The position numbers and the translations under genes were made by a program. Below, one piece after another: positions 1 through 9,769 of a DNA stretch of 64,000 bases. The notes under the pieces are model-generated. The model did not search any database. It was not told the origin of the DNA and worked only from the letters and a program-made list of their open reading frames with translations. This stretch comes from Candidatus Bathyarchaeota archaeon (GTDB lineage: Archaea; Thermoproteota; Bathyarchaeia; Bathyarchaeales; Bathycorpusculaceae), in the NCBI GenBank assembly GCA_963827165.1, contig CAWGZR010000009.1, positions 96,001 through 160,000 on the forward strand, read 5' to 3'. Positions within the stretch are counted from its first letter, which is position 1; each line of letters opens with the position of its first letter.

Positions 1-18
1 TTTTCCTGTTGGTTCCAT
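1..18 (-). CDS. 5' start of a gene running off the window (MEPTGK...), divergent from cdc48
   Basis: ATG at 16-18 (minus strand) preceded by a strong SD-like GGTGAGGAGG; only 6 codons visible. Confidence 0.55.
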
Positions 19-50
19 TTGTCGCCTCCTCACCCATTTAGAGTGAAACA

Positions 51-81
51 AAATGTATATATACATTTAGTTATTAACTAA
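51..81. promoter_or_regulatory. Two adjacent palindromes in the divergent promoter upstream of cdc48
   Basis: AAATGTATATATACATTT (51-68, perfect) and TTAGTTA-T-TAACTAA (67-81). Confidence 0.5.
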
Positions 82-116
82 AGGTTAAGTAGCTCAAGTT
101 AAGAAAGTGCAAATTA

Positions 117-2291
117 ATGTCGGAAACCCTCCAAAACACAACACTTCGAGTCGCTGAAGCGGCCCTCAGAGACTTCGGCCGAGGAATTGCAAGGATAGAT
201 CCTGAAACAATGAAGGAAATTCAGGCTCAAACGGGCGACATTATTCAAATAATCGGCAAAAAAAGAACAGCAGCAAAAATCATGCCTTCTTACCCCGAAA
301 ACCGAGGGAAGAAACTGATTCAAATAGATGGACTTATTCGGAACAACTCCTTCGTTGGAATTGGTGACAACGTATCTGTAGCGAAAATAGAAGCATGCAA
401 TGCAGAAAAAGTAATACTCGCACCCATTGAGCAAGACCGGTCTTGGCGTGGTGGCGAAAGACCTTTGGATCATATACGTAACCTCTTGGACGGCTTGCCA
501 TTGGTTGAAGGCGACCAGGTACGACTGACGCTATTGGGATCAAGCGTTTCCTTCATTGTTGCACGAATTAAGCCTAACGGTGTCGCAGCGATATTACACT
601 CTTCTACTGAAATAGTAATTCGAGAAAAAACAGCAGAAACTGGGAGAAGATTCGGTTCCACCTATGACGATGTTGGAGGACTTTCCGAGCAGATTCAACG
701 GACCAGGGAAATGATAGAACTCCCTCTTCGTCACCCAGAAGTTTTCGATCGTCTCGGCGTAGAACCTCCTAAAGGCGTATTATTGCATGGTCCGCCAGGA
801 ACGGGAAAAACACTTATTGCAAAAGCCGTGGCAAATGAGACCTTCGCTACTTTTATCAGCGTTAGCGGCGGAGAAATCCATGGAAAATTCTATGGCGAAT
901 CTGAAGCCAGATTAAGAGAGATATTCAATGAAGCTTCACAGAACAAACCTTGCATCATATTCATTGATGAGATCGACGCGATAGCGCCAAAAAGAGAAGA
1001 AGTTACCGGCGAAGTAGAAAAAAGGGTAGTTTCCCAATTACTTTCTTTGATGGATGGTTTAGAATCACGTGGACAAGTAGTTGTCATTGGAGCAACAAAT
1101 AGACCAAATGCCATAGATCCTGCCTTGCGAAGGGGGGGAAGATTTGATCGAGAGATTGAGATAGGAATGCCCACAAGAGAGGGGCGCTTCGAAATTCTTC
1201 AGATACATACTCGCGGAATGCCCCTGACTAAAGAAGTGGATCTTATGAATCTGTCCAATTTGACACATGGCTTTACGGGTGCAGATTTAACAGAACTATG
1301 CAAAGAAGCTGCGATGAAAGCTCTACGACGAATTTTGCCGGAGATAGACTTTGAAGCTGAATTCATTGCAACTGAAGTCCTCAATAAACTAGTGGTGAGG
1401 ATGGATGATTTTCAGGATGCTCTAAGATTTGTTGAACCCTCAGCACTAAGAGAAGTTTTGATTGAAACCCCAAATATTTCCTGGGATAGCATCGGGGGTC
1501 TTAACGAGTTAAAACAAGAACTTATCCAAGCTATCGAATGGCCCTTGAAATACCCAGAAATTTTTAAGGAAGCAGGGGCGAAGCCACCTAAGGGAATCAT
1601 TCTTTGTGGACCTCCAGGAACAGGCAAGACCCTTTTGGCCAAGGCTGTAGCTACGGAAAGCGAAGCTAACTTTATTCACGTGAAAGGACCTGCACTCATG
1701 AACAAGTTTGTGGGGGAATCCGAAAAAGGAGTAAGGGAAGTCTTCAGAAAAGCCAAACAAACCGCTCCTTGCATTGTTTTTTTTGATGAGATTGACGCGT
1801 TGGTTCCTAAACGTGGCAGCGGAGTAACTGATGCACATACATCTGAAAGGGTAATAAGCCAATTTCTCACGGAAATGGACGGTTTGGAAGAACTTCATGG
1901 AGTTATGGTTTTGGCAGCCACAAATAGAATCGACATCATAGATCCGGCTTTGTTGAGACCTGGGCGATTCGATCTTCTTCTGCAAGTTCCAGCTCCATGC
2001 GCCGACGCAAGGCTTGAAATCTTCAAAATCCACACTGCAAAGACCCCTCTTGCAAAAAACGTCTTGTTCGAAAAACTTGTTGAAGAAACCGATGGATGCA
2101 CTGGCGCGGAGATAGATTGGGTGTGTCGAGAAGCTACAATGCATGCAATTAGACAATTCCTCAGTGAAAAATCTAATGACTATAATTTAAAAAATAACAA
2201 GATCGAAATAACAATGGGCGACATGCAGGCAGGAATCAAGAAATTAAAAGAGCGAAAGAAAGTAGTAAAATCTTCTGGAGACGCGCTATGA
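117..2291 (+). CDS. cdc48: CDC48/VAT-family AAA+ ATPase
   Basis: N-domain ([11 protein letters not shown]), two AAA modules with GPPGTGKT Walker A, FIDEID/FFDEID Walker B, and [20 protein letters not shown]. Confidence 0.97.
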   Translation: MSETLQNTTLRVAEAALRDFGRGIARIDPETMKEIQAQTGDIIQIIGKKRTAAKIMPSYPENRGKKLIQIDGLIRNNSFVGIGDNVSVAKIEACNAEKVILAPIEQDRSWRGGERPLDHIRNLLDGLPLVEGDQVRLTLLGSSVSFIVARIKPNGVAAILHSSTEIVIREKTAETGRRFGSTYDDVGGLSEQIQRTREMIELPLRHPEVFDRLGVEPPKGVLLHGPPGTGKTLIAKAVANETFATFISVSGGEIHGKFYGESEARLREIFNEASQNKPCIIFIDEIDAIAPKREEVTGEVEKRVVSQLLSLMDGLESRGQVVVIGATNRPNAIDPALRRGGRFDREIEIGMPTREGRFEILQIHTRGMPLTKEVDLMNLSNLTHGFTGADLTELCKEAAMKALRRILPEIDFEAEFIATEVLNKLVVRMDDFQDALRFVEPSALREVLIETPNISWDSIGGLNELKQELIQAIEWPLKYPEIFKEAGAKPPKGIILCGPPGTGKTLLAKAVATESEANFIHVKGPALMNKFVGESEKGVREVFRKAKQTAPCIVFFDEIDALVPKRGSGVTDAHTSERVISQFLTEMDGLEELHGVMVLAATNRIDIIDPALLRPGRFDLLLQVPAPCADARLEIFKIHTAKTPLAKNVLFEKLVEETDGCTGAEIDWVCREATMHAIRQFLSEKSNDYNLKNNKIEITMGDMQAGIKKLKERKKVVKSSGDAL

Positions 2292-3271
2292 AAAAACCAT
2301 TTTCTTTAGAACCCGTGGCAGTAGAATACCAAGGAAAGCGCGCAGAATCCAGCCAAGAACAAATTGTTCTACAGCTCAAAGCAATTCACTCACAAATGAT
2401 AAAATTCTTCAAAATTGATTTTCCATTCTTTGGAGACGTTAAGGTGGTTGAACGAGTAGAATTTCAAAACCAATTAGTCAAGCGTATGGAACATGACCTT
2501 AAAGACAGTAATATTATTAGAAACAACGATAAATGGAGTCAAGTATCCATCGCTATTAGTCGAGACTACTCCGCAGGATTATCGGAACATTTTGCTTTTT
2601 ACGATCCTCAAAACGATATATTGCATTTTAACAAGAAAATGGTGACAGATTATCCCGAAAGAGTAATTTCAGTGTGTGCCCATGAACTTGCAGAGAAGCT
2701 TCTTTCTTTTATTGACCCGTCATCTCAAAAGCGTTCAGTACAGCACGCCGCAAAACTATACTTCGAAACTACGAATAACCCTGACATCAACCAACTTCAG
2801 CAAGTCGTAGATGTGTATTTTGAAACGATTTTTAAAACAATCTTCAAAGAAGGATGCTGCGAAGCAATAGCGATTCAAATCTTACGAAACATGAATTTTA
2901 ACGCAGAAGCTGCACGCTCGGATAAAGAATTGCAGAGTGGCTATCTCAAGTGCGTGGGGCTTTTGTCAATTATAGAGTGCAAAAGAAAGAGAATGATGGC
3001 TGCTGAGCCATTACAAACGGAGCAAAAGCCGGCTGACGTACAAGCAATATTTGGAGAGGTCTTAAAGCACGCTCAGATAATTAAAAGCGTTTCATATTAC
3101 TTGGGTTATCCGCTTGCACGAGAAGTTTTAGAAAAATATGGCCTTTATGGAGTATGCTCTTTAATCCAAAAGGCTATGCAGCCGAAAGCTGAACACTTCG
3201 TAAACCCAGAATCATATATAGCCATTTTGGAAACAACGTTTTCTGACCAAATGGAGAAAAGAAAATTATGA
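2288..3271 (+). CDS. Zincin-like protein with variant metal motif (HELAE...EG)
   Basis: AHELAEKL, downstream EGCCEA and YYLGY motifs recall gluzincin/DUF2268-type proteins; 4-bp overlap with cdc48. Confidence 0.5.
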   Translation: MKKPFSLEPVAVEYQGKRAESSQEQIVLQLKAIHSQMIKFFKIDFPFFGDVKVVERVEFQNQLVKRMEHDLKDSNIIRNNDKWSQVSIAISRDYSAGLSEHFAFYDPQNDILHFNKKMVTDYPERVISVCAHELAEKLLSFIDPSSQKRSVQHAAKLYFETTNNPDINQLQQVVDVYFETIFKTIFKEGCCEAIAIQILRNMNFNAEAARSDKELQSGYLKCVGLLSIIECKRKRMMAAEPLQTEQKPADVQAIFGEVLKHAQIIKSVSYYLGYPLAREVLEKYGLYGVCSLIQKAMQPKAEHFVNPESYIAILETTFSDQMEKRKL

Positions 3272-4011
3272 TAAAGAAAGACAAACTTGGGAAAATTGTA
3301 ATTCAAAAGAAAGGAACACCGTCAAACGTAAAGGAAATTGATGATTTGCAAAAATCTAAGATTGAAACAATTCAAATTCACAAGAAAGAAGAAATTTACC
3401 CAACGAAAGATTTGAGCAAGGCTTTGAGCAATCTTCTCAATTCTAGTTTTGTCACATTGAACGGAGCAGATACGACCACTAGTGAAAAGAACGATGGGCT
3501 ACTTGGTTTGGTAAAGGAGTTGAGCAATTTTGCAGAGAACCCTCAAGTAAATCGGACAACGGAAAAGAAAATTAGTTTTGGGAAAAGTGGGGTAATTGAT
3601 TTTCGTGTAAGTTCGCGTCCGATAAGGACTGGACCGACCACAAAACCCGCAGTTGGACTAATGAATAGAAAACCAATGAAACAATTTTCAGGCACCCACT
3701 CATCATTAACGCCTGAAATGAGAACGATTAAAGAAAAAGAACGCATAGTTGACATCTTTGACGAAGACGATTATCTGCACGTGACGGTTGAGTTACCGAT
3801 GGTGGAGGGAAGCGAAATAAACCTTGACATAGATGATACAACTCTGACAATAACCGCAGGTCCAGTGACCAAACCATACTCCAAAACGGTGAAGCTCCCT
3901 ACTTCTGTCGAAAAAGAAGTAATAGAATCAAGATACAGAAACGGCATATTTGAGGCGAAACTGAGAAAGGCAAAAGAAAACACTTTAGACCGCAGTCCTT
4001 CGAATGGTTAA
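3268..4011 (+). CDS. Hsp20/alpha-crystallin domain protein with long N-terminal extension
   Basis: C-terminal VDIFDEDDYLHVTVELP...YSKTVKLP...YRNGIFEAKLRK; 4-bp overlap with previous gene. Confidence 0.85.
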   Translation: MIKKDKLGKIVIQKKGTPSNVKEIDDLQKSKIETIQIHKKEEIYPTKDLSKALSNLLNSSFVTLNGADTTTSEKNDGLLGLVKELSNFAENPQVNRTTEKKISFGKSGVIDFRVSSRPIRTGPTTKPAVGLMNRKPMKQFSGTHSSLTPEMRTIKEKERIVDIFDEDDYLHVTVELPMVEGSEINLDIDDTTLTITAGPVTKPYSKTVKLPTSVEKEVIESRYRNGIFEAKLRKAKENTLDRSPSNG

Positions 4012-4069
4012 ACAAACCCACAGCGATTGGAGGTTCAAGATAGTCGTACTATTTACGATAGCAACGGAA

Positions 4070-4432
4070 TCAAAAAGACGCGTTCGCCAAAGAATTTGAG
4101 GCGAGAACAAATTGTGTTTCATTAGTCTTTGCTTCGATTTGGATCTCGTCTAATCTGGGAAATTCCTTGAGTTTTTTGAACTGTTCAAGCACAGTCGCGC
4201 CTAATGGAGTAATTACGTAATATTTTCTCTTTTTCCCGATGATTTTGGTTTCAATCAATCCCTGTTTAATTAAGAAATCAAGATTAACCCTCACCGTGCA
4301 GCAATTGGCGTTCATTTTTTTCATTGCCTGTGCGAGCTTACATGGAACGCTTCTAAATAGAAGCTCTAGAATTTCCAAACACATCTCTACGTTAGTTTTT
4401 CCAATTGTGCCAATTTTCTCTTTTGTTATCAA
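4070..4432 (-). CDS. Winged-helix (HTH_45/ArsR-like) transcription regulator
   Basis: LEILELL...NLDFLIKQGLIE...YVITPLG wing motif. Confidence 0.75.
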   Translation of the reverse strand: MITKEKIGTIGKTNVEMCLEILELLFRSVPCKLAQAMKKMNANCCTVRVNLDFLIKQGLIETKIIGKKRKYYVITPLGATVLEQFKKLKEFPRLDEIQIEAKTNETQFVLASNSLANASF

Positions 4433-4509
4433 ATTTGATTCACCGCAAAACCCGTTGAATGGGAAATTGTTGATTTCGGTAATTGTCTGAATGAGAAAGT
4501 TTGCATTGT

Positions 4510-4908
4510 CTACTCCTCTATTATTATGTCTGTGAATATTTGCTGAATTCGTTTCCGGGTTTCAACTGTAGTTTCCATCAGCATACCACCCATATCTGTT
4601 AGCTTATATGTCCGACCGATTTCATTTCCGCTACTTTTGATCAAACCATGACGCTCCAAAGAATAAATCGTGCTATAGACGGTGCCTGGACTAAAAGGAA
4701 TATCAAATTTACGACGCAAGTAGATGAGAATTTCATATCCATTTGCGAGAGGATACTTTTGTAAGTATTTTAGTATAAGTAAGTCAATAAAGTTCTTAAT
4801 GATTTTTTCCTCAAGAGCTGCACTACCTGAAAATCTAGGATTTTTTGTTTTCTTCATCTCAGACGCCATAAAGATCTCAGGCATAACGATCACTCTGTTT
4901 TGACGCAT
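4510..4908 (-). CDS. PadR-family regulator
   Basis: DLLILKYL..NGYEI..FSPGTVYSTIYSLERHGLI..YKLTDMG. Confidence 0.9.
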   Translation of the reverse strand: MRQNRVIVMPEIFMASEMKKTKNPRFSGSAALEEKIIKNFIDLLILKYLQKYPLANGYEILIYLRRKFDIPFSPGTVYSTIYSLERHGLIKSSGNEIGRTYKLTDMGGMLMETTVETRKRIQQIFTDIIIEE

Positions 4909-5275
4909 TTACTGCAAACTCCATATCTTGGCTTTACATTCTTTTTCTAAATCTTTTGCGACAGGAAAAAGACCATCAAACATTCTTAAATGGGACTTAT
5001 CAGATGTTTTCAACATTGCTATTTTTCCTTCCTTTTGGCGCAGCCCCAGTTTTTGATTTAGGCGTCGCAACTTCAAAAACCTGTTAAACAGTTAATAAGC
5101 TTATGAACTCAGGACAAGGCAATCTCACTTATCGATTTTTCTGAAATGATGCCTTATTTGCACGAAATGGGTACTTATTCCCAAGGATTATGATGAAAAT
5201 GGAGTTTTTTCATCATGAGGTAATGATAACTTCGAAGGTCCACTTACTTTTGAGCTAACGTTGAAGTGAAACAAA

Positions 5276-5707
5276 GTGAGTTTACTAAGCCGCATACCCG
5301 TGGATGAAGTCTCAGTTGCAGCTCACGCCGTCTGGTTCGATAAATCAATTGCTGACGAGATAACTTGGGAGACTGTTAGAATCATAAATCAGACTTACAC
5401 CCGAAAATTTTCGTTCTTCAGCGGCAAAAGTTCTAAATGCCTTGTTGGGGGGTTATTCTATCTTCTAGGCTACCGGTATGATGCTATTAAGAAACAGAAT
5501 GAACTTGCGGATGCACTAGGCACTTCTGACGTTTCCATCAGGGTATCTTACCGAAAATGGCTAGAAACATTTCCCGACTTGTTTTTGGACGTTATCGGTA
5601 AATTTGGGACGAATAGCGTTCTCAGAACCTTTGTCTTGCTAGATCTGAAGCAAAGTCTGCTTCGATCTAAAACAAAAAACCTGTGCAAATTGCCCTTTAC
5701 AATCTGA
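5276..5707 (+). CDS. Stand-alone TFB/TFIIB C-terminal cyclin-repeat-like protein
   Basis: FSGKSSKCLVGGLFYLLG...KQNELADALGTSDVSIRVSYRKW parallels the TFB second repeat GKxPxGLAAAALY...TQxEIAxVAGVTEVTIRNRYKEL; no Zn ribbon or first repeat. Confidence 0.6.
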   Translation: MSLLSRIPVDEVSVAAHAVWFDKSIADEITWETVRIINQTYTRKFSFFSGKSSKCLVGGLFYLLGYRYDAIKKQNELADALGTSDVSIRVSYRKWLETFPDLFLDVIGKFGTNSVLRTFVLLDLKQSLLRSKTKNLCKLPFTI

Positions 5708-5959
5708 GTTATTTTTTGTTTGTCATCCTCATATGAATGACACGAAAGTCCTCAATTTCGCTTCGCGTTATGTATTGTCGAGGATTCCTTTCCCAGTTAG
5801 CTATTTTTATTTCTTCCAGTAAAAAAATTTTGGAAACATTACTTTCGTAACAATCGATGCTTCATTATTATGCATAATAGACTATATTGGACAAATAATT
5901 GTTGTTCTTGTATCATGGGGTAGGTATATGCTGCGGCAGCTCCATTATAAAGCACCAAG

Positions 5960-6301
5960 ATGTTTGATTTGGAAGACTCTGTACATAAAAACTCATTCAA
6001 TCCAGTGAATCAAATAAAAAGAAAATTAATCCCTAAAAAAACAGAGCTGGAAGTCTATATAGATATTCTAAAAATTTTAATCCATAACGGTCCACTTAGG
6101 TTGTCGTATATCAAACACAAAAATGATTTCAGCCCTTCGTGTACCGAAGAAAACTTGGTTTTTCTAGTCAATCTAAATCTTGTTGAGAAAATATTTGAGG
6201 GAGGGCAGACTCTTTTTTCAATTACACGACGTGGCACCCGAGTGTTGACGTTCTTTGGGGAAACTAAGGGCTTGCTTTCAGTTTTGCAGATTAACAAATA
6301 G
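5960..6301 (+). CDS. Winged-helix (HTH_45-like) regulator
   Basis: KTELEVYIDILKIL..GPLRLSYI..LVFLVNLNLVEK..FSITRRG. Confidence 0.8.
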   Translation: MFDLEDSVHKNSFNPVNQIKRKLIPKKTELEVYIDILKILIHNGPLRLSYIKHKNDFSPSCTEENLVFLVNLNLVEKIFEGGQTLFSITRRGTRVLTFFGETKGLLSVLQINK

Positions 6302-6364
6302 TTAAAGTCTATTATGAGTATTATCGAATGTAGATGTATCTTGGGACTAACCTTAGGTAATAGG

Positions 6365-6865
6365 TTAGAACCTATTTTCTTTTATCGGCGTTATCTTCAT
6401 TTCAATTTCTGTTTTGTCGTCAAAAGGTGAGTAGTTCATTTTTTCCCAACTAAAACCTACTGAAACACATATGTGTTCAGCAGCTAAGTCTTCAAGGACA
6501 GCTCTGATGTCCTGGATTATAACACCCTCTGCGCCTTTAGGACAAAAAGCTACAAGAGTCAGATTATGTTCGCCATAAGTCCGCCAAAGAAATCGCACGT
6601 TATGATTTTTTTTAAGCAAATTGATGGCTTCGTTTTGGTTAACTTGTTGGATTCTGATTCCAATTGTCACTGGAGTAATATCCATTTGTTCCAAGTTTAT
6701 GACACAATGAAGAGTATTTTCAATTATTCCCTTTTTTTCAAGCGCAGCTATTCTGCGGTAAATAGTGTTTCGCGTGACTCCACAAGTATTAGCAAGTTCC
6801 TGATATGAGCTTGTGCCTGCGCTCAAATATTGAACTAATCTTCGGTCAAGGTCATCTAAAGCCAT
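6365..6865 (-). CDS. Lrp/AsnC-family regulator
   Basis: LDDLDRRLVQYL..SYQELANTCGVTRNTIYRRIAALEKKGII; RAM-like YGEHNL. Confidence 0.92.
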   Translation of the reverse strand: MALDDLDRRLVQYLSAGTSSYQELANTCGVTRNTIYRRIAALEKKGIIENTLHCVINLEQMDITPVTIGIRIQQVNQNEAINLLKKNHNVRFLWRTYGEHNLTLVAFCPKGAEGVIIQDIRAVLEDLAAEHICVSVGFSWEKMNYSPFDDKTEIEMKITPIKENRF

Positions 6866-7025
6866 TTCAACCTTTCACAATGTATTATGCAGCATAGTTG
6901 ATATATAAAATACAGTTGGTGTAAGTTCTCCCAACAGCAAGTTTCTTGGATTTCTGTTTATCGGATTCATTACGCCAAAACTTAAATCGCGTGGCCGACG
7001 ATTAGTAACAGAGAACGGCAAAAGA

Positions 7026-9362
7026 TTGAGTAATAATTTCGAAGAAGTCAGAACATTAACCGATCTTGGCCTCAGCGGTGCCCAAGCTAGAACCTATCTT
7101 GCCCTCATTCATGTAGGCAGTGGGACCATAAGAGAAATAGCTGAAGTTTCAAATGCAGCGCGACCCGATACTTATAGAGCGATTGTTTTCCTGCAACAAG
7201 AGGGAATAGTTGAAAAAATTGTTTCCCTGCCTGCCAAGTATAAGGCTCTGCCAGTCGCGGATGCAGTCGGCATATTAATGCTAAAGAGAAGTAAAGAAAA
7301 TATAGAGTTGAACAAAAGAGTAAATGAATTGATTAAACAAGTTGAAAAGTGGCACTCAAAACCACATAATGAAGAAGAGCAATTCGTATTAGTTCGTGAG
7401 GGCGATGCGCTTGAACTTAAATTCCAAAAGTTGATTGAAACTTCCGAAGACAACCTATGCATTAAAGTATCTTGGCAAAGAATGTTTCGATTCATTGTCG
7501 ACCACTATAAAACTATTGAAAAAGCTTTGCAAAGAAAAGTAAACATTAGAATCCTAACCGAGCAACAGTTTAGTTCAAAGAAGCTAAAAGAAATTAGCGC
7601 TCTTGAAAAATACTTAAATTTTGAAATTAGATATTTGGTTGGACCACCCACGGTTTGGCTAAGAATAAGAGATGGCAAAGAAATCATTCTTCACACGAAA
7701 TCCACAGATGATTTGGATCTTGCTGTGTTATCAAATAATTCGGGTCTAATCGAATTAGCTCAAAACTTCTTTGACTCTGCATGGTTCTCAGCGATCGAAC
7801 CTCAAAATCAGGAGTTCAAACGAGATAGACGCCAGTTTGACTACTTATTTGCAAACATGACCAGAGGCTTCGCTTACAACAAAATTATTTTTGGCGACGA
7901 CGGCAAACCAATTGATTTTACAATACTTGCTGCAAATGATGCTTTTGAAGAAATTACCGGAATAAGCAAGGATAAGAGGGGCAAGAAAGCTTCAAATATT
8001 TTGCCAATGTCGAACAAAGATTTTACGGAGATGCTTGAATCATACGGCCAAACAGTTATTTCAGGAAAATCAGTTAAGTTTGAACGGTATTTTGAGGGAC
8101 TGCAAAAATGGCTATCGATATTGGTGTACACTCCTGAGAAAGGTTATTTTGCTTCTATCCTCGAAGACATTACTGAACGCCAAAAATTGGAAAATGACTT
8201 GCAAGAAAGCGAGGAGAAATATCGATTATTAGTATCCATTGCCCATGAAGGTATTATTGCTTTAAACTCTGAAGATGAAATCATTTTTGCAAATCCAAGA
8301 ATGTACGAAATCGTGGGGACCAAGGAGGGTGAATTAATTGGAAAGAGTTTATTCTGGTACATTCCTGAAAGAGGATTAGCCCATGCAAAATATTATTTGG
8401 ATTTTTGTAAGGCAGGCTTAGGCGGTGAATTTGAGCTTGAGCTTCTTGATGCGGGGGGAAAAGTAATAAACGCCCTATTTTCAGCTTCACCTATTAAAGA
8501 TCAAGGAGGAAAGTGGCTTGGGTCCATGGCCGTTGTATCAGATATCACTGCACGCAAAAAGGAAGAGCAGGAACTAAAAGAAAGTGAAATGAAATATAGA
8601 ACACTCGTTGAACAATCACCGGAGGGAATATTGCTGGGCCAGGGACCACTACCCCATATAGTCTACGCTAACCCAGCTATGAAAAATATTTCTGGTTATA
8701 GCGTTCAAGAATTGAGTTCGTTTACATTTCAACAAACTGTGGGTCTTGTGCATCCAGACGACCGAGAACTCTTCTTTGAACGATTCAAAGACCGGCTAGA
8801 AGGAAAACCTACCCCCGAAAGGTACATGTTCCGCGGAATCAAAAAAGACGGAACCATTATTTGGGTAGATTTGTCCTCTGCTCTGATAGAATATAAAGGA
8901 CAACCAACCGTGCAAGCAATCTTCAGAGATATTACGGATCAAGTAAACACTGAAGAAAGAATCAAACAATCGGAAGAAAAATTCAAAGAGAGTGAAGAGA
9001 AATATCACCGTCTCGCAATCTACGCGCCGGTTGCTATCTATGAAATCGACTGCAAGAGCTTGCGGTTCAAGTGCGTAAATGAGTATATGAGTAAAATATC
9101 GGGGTACTCGGAAAAAGAATTGCTTTCTATGAGCCCACTGGAACTTTTGGACGCGGAGAGCAAAGGAATCTTTCAAAATATTATGAGAAAAAGCATAGCT
9201 GGAGAAAAAATAGACGAAAACATCGAATTCGGAGTAATAACAAAAGATGGTCGACACCTATGGAGTACGCTGAGCGCAAAGTTGACTTACAAGAACAACG
9301 AATTGGATAGCGCTTTCGTAGTTGCCTATAATTTCAACAAAGAAAAAAAGGGAAGACTTTAA
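7026..9362 (+). CDS. TrmB-family regulator fused to about four PAS domains
   Basis: N-terminal LTDLGLSGAQARTYLAL TrmB HTH, effector-binding domain (IRDGKE..FDSAWFSA), then PAS/PAC repeats ending EDITER, DITAR, DITDQ. Confidence 0.88.
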   Translation: MSNNFEEVRTLTDLGLSGAQARTYLALIHVGSGTIREIAEVSNAARPDTYRAIVFLQQEGIVEKIVSLPAKYKALPVADAVGILMLKRSKENIELNKRVNELIKQVEKWHSKPHNEEEQFVLVREGDALELKFQKLIETSEDNLCIKVSWQRMFRFIVDHYKTIEKALQRKVNIRILTEQQFSSKKLKEISALEKYLNFEIRYLVGPPTVWLRIRDGKEIILHTKSTDDLDLAVLSNNSGLIELAQNFFDSAWFSAIEPQNQEFKRDRRQFDYLFANMTRGFAYNKIIFGDDGKPIDFTILAANDAFEEITGISKDKRGKKASNILPMSNKDFTEMLESYGQTVISGKSVKFERYFEGLQKWLSILVYTPEKGYFASILEDITERQKLENDLQESEEKYRLLVSIAHEGIIALNSEDEIIFANPRMYEIVGTKEGELIGKSLFWYIPERGLAHAKYYLDFCKAGLGGEFELELLDAGGKVINALFSASPIKDQGGKWLGSMAVVSDITARKKEEQELKESEMKYRTLVEQSPEGILLGQGPLPHIVYANPAMKNISGYSVQELSSFTFQQTVGLVHPDDRELFFERFKDRLEGKPTPERYMFRGIKKDGTIIWVDLSSALIEYKGQPTVQAIFRDITDQVNTEERIKQSEEKFKESEEKYHRLAIYAPVAIYEIDCKSLRFKCVNEYMSKISGYSEKELLSMSPLELLDAESKGIFQNIMRKSIAGEKIDENIEFGVITKDGRHLWSTLSAKLTYKNNELDSAFVVAYNFNKEKKGRL

Positions 9363-9769
9363 TTTCAAAAAGGTTTTGGGCGCATTCAGCCCGGTAATTT
9401 TTTCTTTGAGTTGGGCTCCTTTGGTTTGGAAATTGTAAAATATCAACATCATTTGAGTTAAATAGTTCACTATTAAGAAAATCGCCGCCCAAAAATCCTA
9501 TTCTTCAATACTACTGTTCTCTAGCCCTTGTAGAATATTGTATAAATAAATAGCCAAATTTCAAATCTATGAAAGGAATCTCGGGTAATTGTAGCACAAT
9601 TTTTTCAACTCAATATTGAAAACGATCCTTTTTTTTTGAATTTGTCTGTCAATGCAAATAATTTCTGCTCCTTTATTCTTAATTGGAATTGGAGTAGTCT
9701 GCACTTAGTTTTCCATATTCATAATCGATTTATTCCAATTATTATCATTTGATTTGAACGTGTGCTTCG

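Noticed and set aside
6328-6351. Additional regulon element (TGTAGATGT...)
   Set aside because: Only the left half matches, and it lies between convergent genes.
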